From IMG/VR virus record IMGVR_UViG_3300021446_000035, positions 1 through 35,695 of that record: a stretch of 35,695 nt of DNA. One strand, written 5' to 3'. The notes beneath the pieces are model-generated. The model searched no databases. It worked only from the letters and a program-made list of their open reading frames with translations, and was not told where the DNA came from. This DNA comes from a virus (taxonomy: Duplodnaviria; Caudoviricetes). This document shows, piece by piece, positions 27,286-32,699 of this stretch (position 1 is the first letter of the stretch; each line of letters starts with the position of its first letter). The position numbers and the translations under genes are program-made.

Positions 27286-27305
27286 AGTTGTTAGAGAATG
27301 GTAGT
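27286..27305 (-). promoter_or_regulatory. Inverted iteron copy just upstream of rep (candidate autoregulatory operator)
   Basis: Reverse complement ACTACCATTCTCTAACAACT versus iteron ACCCGCATTCTCTAACAGTT. Confidence 0.6.
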
Positions 27306-27360
27306 GGCGGAGGGTATTAGCGGTCCGTAGATCCGATATGCATCCGTTGACGCCCAGTGA

Positions 27361-27496
27361 ACCAGCATTTTCTAACAGTTAACTCCCCAAACCCGCATTC
27401 TCTAACAGTTCGGCCCGCATTCCTTTAAAGTCAGACCCGCATTCTTTAACAATTCACCAGCATTGTCTAACAATTGGCCCGCATTCTTTAACAAGT
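27361..27496. repeat. Iterons: six 20-bp direct repeats (plasmid origin of replication)
   Basis: Copies start at 27361, 27391, 27413, 27435, 27456 and 27477 (spacing 30, 22, 22, 21, 21). Consensus approximately RCCMGCATTCTYTAACARTT. An AT-rich segment follows at ~27505-27570. Confidence 0.92.
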
Positions 27497-27603
27497 GGAC
27501 TGGATAAACTCTTGGGTTTCAAAAACTTGCGAGGCTCTATAATAGGGTAATGTTCTAATAAAAGGTAATGGAGTAAAGCGGGCACACGCACACGCGAGGC
27601 ATA

Positions 27604-27631
27604 TATATTCAAGAATCTTGAACCTTGAACA
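27604..27631. repeat. Heptad array 4 (TATATTC AAGAATC TTGAACC TTGAACA)
   Basis: 7-bp units over the stop codon of the ParG-like gene. Contains the same TCAAGAATCTTGA palindrome as array 3. Confidence 0.7.
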
Positions 27632-27890
27632 CATCAGGCACCTCGTACTCTCCGTTTTCTTCTTCGAGGTCCTCCACCAGACTCTTGAGGGCATGATTAA
27701 CCAAGTCAGCCATAGAGACATCTTCGGCGTGGCTGATGGTCTTTAGCTTCTCTTTCAGGCCCGCGTTTAGGTTGGTCGCGTAGGAAATCCGGTTTCGATC
27801 CTCGAAGCTGTCTAAACCCTCCTTGACGCTTCCCAGATCATATCCGGAGTCCTGATCGAAGTCGACGCTCATCTTTGACTCTTTGCTCAT
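27609..27890 (-). CDS. ParG/omega-like ribbon-helix-helix centromere-binding protein (type Ib ParB)
   Basis: Small gene translationally coupled to parA. Disordered N-terminus, then the RHH pattern 'ISYATNLNAGLKEKLKTISHAEDVSMADLVNHALKSLV'. Confidence 0.78.
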   Translation of the reverse strand: MSKESKMSVDFDQDSGYDLGSVKEGLDSFEDRNRISYATNLNAGLKEKLKTISHAEDVSMADLVNHALKSLVEDLEEENGEYEVPDVFKVQDS

Positions 27891-28603
27891 AGCCGTTCTT
27901 GGATTTCGTTTGCAAGAGACTCGTAGTCTTCAGTGGCCGTAGCATCGGGAGAGTAGGAGGGAGGTGGCGTTCCTTCCGCTTCTGCCTCCTTTACCTGTAC
28001 GGTATTCCGGATGAAAGTGTCGAAGGCCTGACTTCCGAAGTTCTCCTTTAGGATTCCCGGCATCTCTCTATCGTTGACCGTGCGAAGGTCGACCTTGCAC
28101 GCGAAGGCTCCCTCAAAGCGGCTTTCCAGGTTTTCGATTAGACGAATAGTGTCGGTGAGACCGTCGATGGCCCCCTGTCCCGTCTGGACTGGTGCTATTA
28201 CGGCGTCTGAGACGACGAGAGAGGCCACGACAAGGAAGCCCGTCGAGGGAGGGGGATCGATAAGGCATACATCGTACGTCTTCTCAGCGGTGCTCAGAAG
28301 CTCCTCAAGCCTCTGGACAATCTTCTTTACCGGCCTGTTCTCCAGACTTGCCAGAGAACGATCGGAAGGCACTACGTCAAATCCCCATTCTGTACCCACC
28401 GCAGAATCGGGGGCGCTCATATCACCGCTCAGAAACGACATACATCGGCTCTGAGGCGAGGCTATCCATCGAGACAGGCTCGCCTGGGGGTCCATGTCTA
28501 CGGCGAGGACATCGTACTCACGTGCCCAGAGGTCGGCGAGACTGACCACGGAGGTCGTCTTTCCGGTCCCGCCCTTTTGATTGAGGAGAGAGAGGGTATT
28601 CAT
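27887..28603 (-). CDS. parA: ParA/Soj family partition ATPase (type Ib, no N-terminal HTH)
   Basis: Deviant Walker A NQKGGTGKTT, A' VDMDPQASL, Walker B YDVCLIDPPP, and 'IR....V.EA..G.P...Y.P....A..Y..LA.EI'. Confidence 0.95.
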   Translation of the reverse strand: MNTLSLLNQKGGTGKTTSVVSLADLWAREYDVLAVDMDPQASLSRWIASPQSRCMSFLSGDMSAPDSAVGTEWGFDVVPSDRSLASLENRPVKKIVQRLEELLSTAEKTYDVCLIDPPPSTGFLVVASLVVSDAVIAPVQTGQGAIDGLTDTIRLIENLESRFEGAFACKVDLRTVNDREMPGILKENFGSQAFDTFIRNTVQVKEAEAEGTPPPSYSPDATATEDYESLANEIQERL

Positions 28604-28605
28604 CT

Positions 28606-28647
28606 TAGGTTCTAGCTGCTACCATATAGACGTTAGAACCAAGATAG
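28606..28647. repeat. Heptad array 5 (TAGGTTC TAGCTGC TACCATA TAGACGT TAGAACC AAGATAG) over the parA promoter and leader
   Basis: TA (or AA) recurs every 7 bp from the parA start codon to its -10 box. Confidence 0.65.
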
Positions 28648-28669
28648 GAGGGAGGCGGCATCAATGCAA
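28641..28669 (-). promoter_or_regulatory. Sigma70-type promoter of the parA-parG operon
   Basis: Minus strand TTGCAT-N17-TATCTT. Confidence 0.65.
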
Positions 28670-28705
28670 AAAAGGTCCCCGCCAGAACCAGACTGACGGG
28701 GACCT
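28668..28705 (-). terminator. Rho-independent terminator insulating the par promoter
   Basis: Stem AGGTCCCCGCCAG/CTGACGGGGACCT with an A6 run at 28668-28673, which is a U-tract on the minus strand. Confidence 0.7.
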
Positions 28706-28853
28706 ATGAATTTTTCTCTCTCAATCTCCCAATGGGCTGAGTAATCGTTTATCACAGCCCGTCATCAAAACACCTCTCTCTTGTTTTCATTGTAGCAAGC
28801 ACTATTGGAGGGGTTCCGCCTGTCATTAAATTATCCACAACCAGCGAAAACCG

Positions 28854-29267
28854 ATGAGTCTCACCCTGAGCGACATCTTTGAGGATGGTCGCTACACACC
28901 ATCCACCAAGATCGAGAAGTTCGCCGGTCAGCTTAACATCGATGAGGGTTCGAAAAGCGCACTCGTTGAGGCGCTGGAGGGCACGATGCAGCAAGCTGTA
29001 GAGCGAGACCGGGAGCAGAGGGAGGAAAGCGAAGGAGGGCAGATCCTGGGGGACTCTCTCCCCGAACGTGCCTTAGAGATCCTCACAGACCGTTCGAAGA
29101 ACTGGATCAACTCTGACGACAGCGATATTCTCGCCCTCCTGAAAATGATGCGGAAGACCGACTTCTTCGAGGAGCTGAATGCATCGAAGAGGTTTCTCCG
29201 TTCTATCGAGGAAAATGTCGAGCAAATCGTACACGAGTATCGAGAGTTGGAGTCAGAGGACGCTTGA
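28854..29267 (+). CDS. Hypothetical acidic protein
   Basis: Leader motif CAACCAGCG at 28838-28846. Confidence 0.75.
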   Translation: MSLTLSDIFEDGRYTPSTKIEKFAGQLNIDEGSKSALVEALEGTMQQAVERDREQREESEGGQILGDSLPERALEILTDRSKNWINSDDSDILALLKMMRKTDFFEELNASKRFLRSIEENVEQIVHEYRELESEDA

Positions 29268-29330
29268 CTTTCTCATTCACAGTCAGTACCCTAACCAACG
29301 CGCTAAAGTCACAACCAGCAATCACCTTTT

Positions 29331-29729
29331 ATGAGCCAACAGCAGGAACCCCAAATAGACGACGAGCTTCTTGAATCCGCTCCGAAGGACCACCCCTACA
29401 TGGTCGTCCCTGTCGAATTTCCGGCACTCGGTCGATGCATGTCTTTTGTCCGTATGGAGGACAAAGCGGTGTTCATCGAAGTGATCGGGGCTTTGGCCTA
29501 CGACGCCTACCAGGAAGACGCCATTGTGGAACTCGACGAAGTGAAGTACCTGGGGGTGCCGATCGAGACCGCTCAACAACTGGTCATCGACGCAATCAAG
29601 GAGCAGGCCGAAGAAGAGAACTCCGTCGTTGACCGGACTGACCTCCAGGAAGTGCTCGACAACTTTGAGGACTTCGAGGAGAGCATCGTTGAGGCCGCGA
29701 CCAGTAGCCAAAAGCCCCAACAGAACTAA
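29331..29729 (+). CDS. Hypothetical acidic protein
   Basis: Leader motif at 29312-29320; high GC3. Confidence 0.8.
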   Translation: MSQQQEPQIDDELLESAPKDHPYMVVPVEFPALGRCMSFVRMEDKAVFIEVIGALAYDAYQEDAIVELDEVKYLGVPIETAQQLVIDAIKEQAEEENSVVDRTDLQEVLDNFEDFEESIVEAATSSQKPQQN

Positions 29730-30097
29730 TGAACTATCCCCTGAAGGATCGGCGTCTCTATCGCATCAACGGGAGGAAGGGGGAACTTGGGATTTTTCTT
29801 TCGGGGTCCGCGCGGCGTTTTGTGACCACGGCCTGCAAGTACGGCCATTACAGTCTTGCCGTCGAGGTTCACCGCGAAGATCACGACCGCCATGGAACCG
29901 CTCTTCCGGTGAGGCCGATGCTCGGCAACGTTCCCGACTTCCGGATGCAGTCCCAGTTCCGGGTCCATACCGATGATCACGCCAGAATACTGAGCTTTCT
30001 CAAAACCAGTCTTCTGGAGCATCAGCGGAAGGTGGGCCCGAATTACCTCTCCCAGGATAGGGATCCGTTTATCGAAGCCTCTGAATCGTATTTATAG
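29729..30097 (+). CDS. Hypothetical protein
   Basis: TAATG stop/start overlap with the previous gene. Confidence 0.7.
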   Translation: MNYPLKDRRLYRINGRKGELGIFLSGSARRFVTTACKYGHYSLAVEVHREDHDRHGTALPVRPMLGNVPDFRMQSQFRVHTDDHARILSFLKTSLLEHQRKVGPNYLSQDRDPFIEASESYL

Positions 30098-30102
30098 TCA
30101 CC

Positions 30103-30753
30103 ATGTCAGAAGCGACCACGGAGAAAAGAAAATTCATGAGCACCCGTCGTATAGAAAATATGACGGGCATTCCCAAGCGGACCCTGGACACATGGATGGA
30201 GGAGTCTCAGCACTACGCCACCGGGTTCATCAATGAGGAAAGTGGCGAGGTCTACATTGATCTCAACAGAGCCCTTGTCAACCACATTTGGAACTACGGA
30301 CCCAAGGTGGGAACTCGCCCTCTGAAAGAAGAGGGGCTCGATGAGTTTCTCGACAAGATCATTGAGTTTGCTCCCGACGACATCGACGACCTGAAAGAAC
30401 GAGTCATCAAGGAGCTGACTCATGAGCTTTCGACAAACAGCGAGGGTAGGGAGGAGGCGTGCTTTACCAACGCTGTGAAGAACAAGAAGATCGACTGGGA
30501 AGAGTGGAAAGAGCAAGACGAGGGTGAAGAAGAGGTTCCCCGTCACATTTCCGAAAATGGGGACTCCGAAAAGCCTGTCCAGGAGGTAGAAGAAGAAATC
30601 GAGGCCTTCAAGGAAGAAAAGGAAGATAGTCCCCACCAGAATAAGGACGACTCTTCAAGTCCTTTCATGGACCGTTCATGCATCATTCTTTCCATCTACA
30701 ATGGACGCGCCATGATGGCTGTTTTTCAGCCAGACTTGAAAACGGACAGTTAA
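30103..30753 (+). CDS. Putative HTH DNA-binding protein with acidic tail
   Basis: The N-terminal 'MSTRRIENMTGIPKRTLDTWM' resembles MerR/excisionase-type HTH domains. Confidence 0.6.
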   Translation: MSEATTEKRKFMSTRRIENMTGIPKRTLDTWMEESQHYATGFINEESGEVYIDLNRALVNHIWNYGPKVGTRPLKEEGLDEFLDKIIEFAPDDIDDLKERVIKELTHELSTNSEGREEACFTNAVKNKKIDWEEWKEQDEGEEEVPRHISENGDSEKPVQEVEEEIEAFKEEKEDSPHQNKDDSSSPFMDRSCIILSIYNGRAMMAVFQPDLKTDS

Positions 30754-30801
30754 AGCGTCAATACAACGCTTTCGCTTCCCCAGAGCGACATCTGGGGATC
30801 C

Positions 30802-30873
30802 TGTGGAGTAGTTCAGTGGCAGAACGTCCGGCTGTTACCCGGAAAGACAGTGGTTCGAATCCACTCTCCACAG
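30802..30873 (+). tRNA. tRNA-Asn (GTT); CCA not encoded
   Basis: Acceptor TGTGGAG/CTCCACA, D-arm GTTC..GAAC, anticodon arm TCCGG-CTGTTAC-CCGGA, T-arm AGTGG-TTCGAAT-CCACT, discriminator G. Confidence 0.95.
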
Positions 30874-30937
30874 CCTCTCAATCGCACCGCAGTTGCGACA
30901 AGGCAACCCTCCATCGTGAGAGTGAGGCCTGAACACT

Positions 30938-31456
30938 GGGGGTGACACGGTTTCGACAGAAGCCAACTGATCTCCTTCCACGACCAGAGCACGCCTTACA
31001 GACCCTCTTAAATCTCAGTGTGAGGAACCATAGTTGGCACTCTTGTCAACTTCGAGGATGAGACGGCCTCCATCGCCGATGAGGCCATGGACCGTCTTGC
31101 GGAGACCGAAGAGGTCTTCGCGGAAGAGCAGGATGCCCTGGCCGTTCTGGGGTAGTCCAGTAGGCTGGGCGTTGCCCAACCTACCCTCCATTCCAGCCTT
31201 GACACCGATAGACAATCGGCCTTGCTCGCTCCTAAGTAGGGGCTCTGCTCCGTGATGGGAGAAGGTGTAAGGTCGAGTGCTGGAGTGACATTTATCGGTC
31301 GATCCCCGAGTTCTTCACGTACAGGGTAGAGAAACGTGACTTGGAGTACCCTACTCAAGGTCCGGCCCAAGTAAAAAACCACATTGAGTATGGTCGTGAT
31401 CAATGGACGGAGTGACGGGCTTCTGGACCCGAGTTCGACTCTCGGCACCTCCACCA
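30938..31456 (+). ncRNA. ssrA: tmRNA (519 nt)
   Basis: 5' GGGGGTGACACGGTTTCGAC and 3' CCGAG-TTCGACT-CTCGG-CACCTCC-A-CCA. G3:U70 alanine determinant. Resume motif ATAGTT-GGC at 31030-31038. Confidence 0.92.
31036..31155 (+). other. tmRNA tag reading frame, 39 aa: GTLVNFEDETASIADEAMDRLAETEEVFAEEQDALAVLG*
   Basis: Open frame from the resume codon, with acidic coding-like codon usage and a hydrophobic C-terminus. Confidence 0.75.
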
Positions 31457-31501
31457 CTATCCGCCAAAAGCGATGTCTAACATGAAGTAACGGCAGGTCC
31501 T

Positions 31502-32035
31502 ATGGAAAAGACGAGCTACAAGCCGATTCCTGAAAACTATAAGGATCGGGCCCTCAAGCCAAAGGAGGTGAGGGTTGATTCCTCCCACCTTGTAAACGAG
31601 GAGTTCTCCGACGATATTGCCTCGTTGAGAGAAGAGTGGCTGGAGAAGTACCACCGAAAAGTCCGGGAGGAGATCTATGACCGGATTATCAATGGGGGCA
31701 CTGATACCGACTCCATCTTCCAGATGACGTGCCCTTCGGAGTATTCGATGACGAAGGAGCTGAAGGACGCAATCTTCTGCAAGGGATACTTCGAGGCGAT
31801 CTACGGAATCGGCGTTCACCCTGACGTCATGGCGGACTTGAAGGAGACCTTCAATGGGGCCGTCGACAAGGCCCCAAAGATCACTGAAGTTTTTGGTCTG
31901 CCGATGCTAACAGATCCACGGAGAAGCCGGGATGAAGCATTGTTTTTCAGATCACCGAAGATCTGGAAGGCATACCAAGAGCTTCTCAACGACGAAGTGC
32001 CGACGATGGTCAAGCGACTTCTACAGCTTTCGTAG
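31502..32035 (+). CDS. Hypothetical protein
   Basis: ATG ORF downstream of the tmRNA. Confidence 0.72.
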   Translation: MEKTSYKPIPENYKDRALKPKEVRVDSSHLVNEEFSDDIASLREEWLEKYHRKVREEIYDRIINGGTDTDSIFQMTCPSEYSMTKELKDAIFCKGYFEAIYGIGVHPDVMADLKETFNGAVDKAPKITEVFGLPMLTDPRRSRDEALFFRSPKIWKAYQELLNDEVPTMVKRLLQLS

Positions 32036-32086
32036 ACGCTGGCGACCCTCATTCACTTTTCCTGAACTAAGACAGTACAACCAGTA

Positions 32087-32575
32087 ATGGATAACTCCGA
32101 CCTTGGACTCGACATCGAACAGGCCTCCACCGAAGAAGCGATGGAGGTCGAGAAGACCACCAACATGAGTTCGAAGTACGCCCCCGTGGCCGAACAGTGG
32201 AAAGAGGCCCGTGGGAACGACGAGAGCCTCATCATCCGTGACGTGGAGAAGAGCACGGTGGAGAGCCTTCGCAACTTCTTCTACCGGACCTTCGAGAAGG
32301 AGAACGTGATCGTCCGGTCCACGAAGCAGGAGGACGAGAACTACACCGTGACCATTCGGAAGCGCGTGAACGGGGAGTACCTCCAGAACACCGACGAGGA
32401 GAGCACCGACGAAGACACCGTCAACGAGGACTCGATGAACGAGGAGGACAGTCCCTCCACGCCCGAAGAGACGGAGAAGGCCATCGATGACGAGTTCTTC
32501 GACGACAAGGACTACGAGGAAGAGGAGAACGGACGGGAAGAGCAAGTCTCGATGTCCGGTGGCCCGATGGGGTAG
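32087..32575 (+). CDS. Hypothetical protein with hyper-acidic C-terminal half
   Basis: Leader variant CAACCAGTA directly before the ATG; very high GC3; followed by a terminator. Confidence 0.8.
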   Translation: MDNSDLGLDIEQASTEEAMEVEKTTNMSSKYAPVAEQWKEARGNDESLIIRDVEKSTVESLRNFFYRTFEKENVIVRSTKQEDENYTVTIRKRVNGEYLQNTDEESTDEDTVNEDSMNEEDSPSTPEETEKAIDDEFFDDKDYEEEENGREEQVSMSGGPMG

Positions 32576-32632
32576 CTCTGTAGGCCGTAGACTTACGGCA
32601 ACTATGAGATAGCGGTGATTTGCTGTCCCTCT

Positions 32633-32675
32633 GGGGGCGGCAGCTTCTGTGAAAGGGAGCTGTCGCCCCCTTTTT
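32633..32675 (+). terminator. Rho-independent terminator at the convergence of + and - strand blocks
   Basis: GGGGGCGGCAGCTT...GAGCTGTCGCCCCC-TTTTT. Confidence 0.88.
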
Positions 32676-32699
32676 AACGTGTATCTATGCTCACTGTCG

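Noticed and set aside
27361-27462. ACCAGCA inside iterons 1 and 5 matching the leader motif (Rep as a global regulator)
   Set aside because: Only 2 of 6 iterons have it. The conserved iteron core (CATT...TAACA) is absent from the gene leaders, so this is probably coincidence.
27361-27496. Repeat array as a CRISPR
   Set aside because: Units are separated by only 1-10 nt with no unique 30-40 nt spacers. The 21-22 bp phasing beside a Rep_3 gene identifies them as iterons.
28831-28839. Perfect DnaA box TTATCCACA
   Set aside because: It is a single copy 1.3 kb from the iterons and overlaps the CACAACCAGC leader motif, which explains part of the match. It is not enough to call an origin element.
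30880-30936. Separate ncRNA between tRNA-Asn and tmRNA
   Set aside because: Only two short weak hairpins, which is compatible with an ordinary processing spacer.
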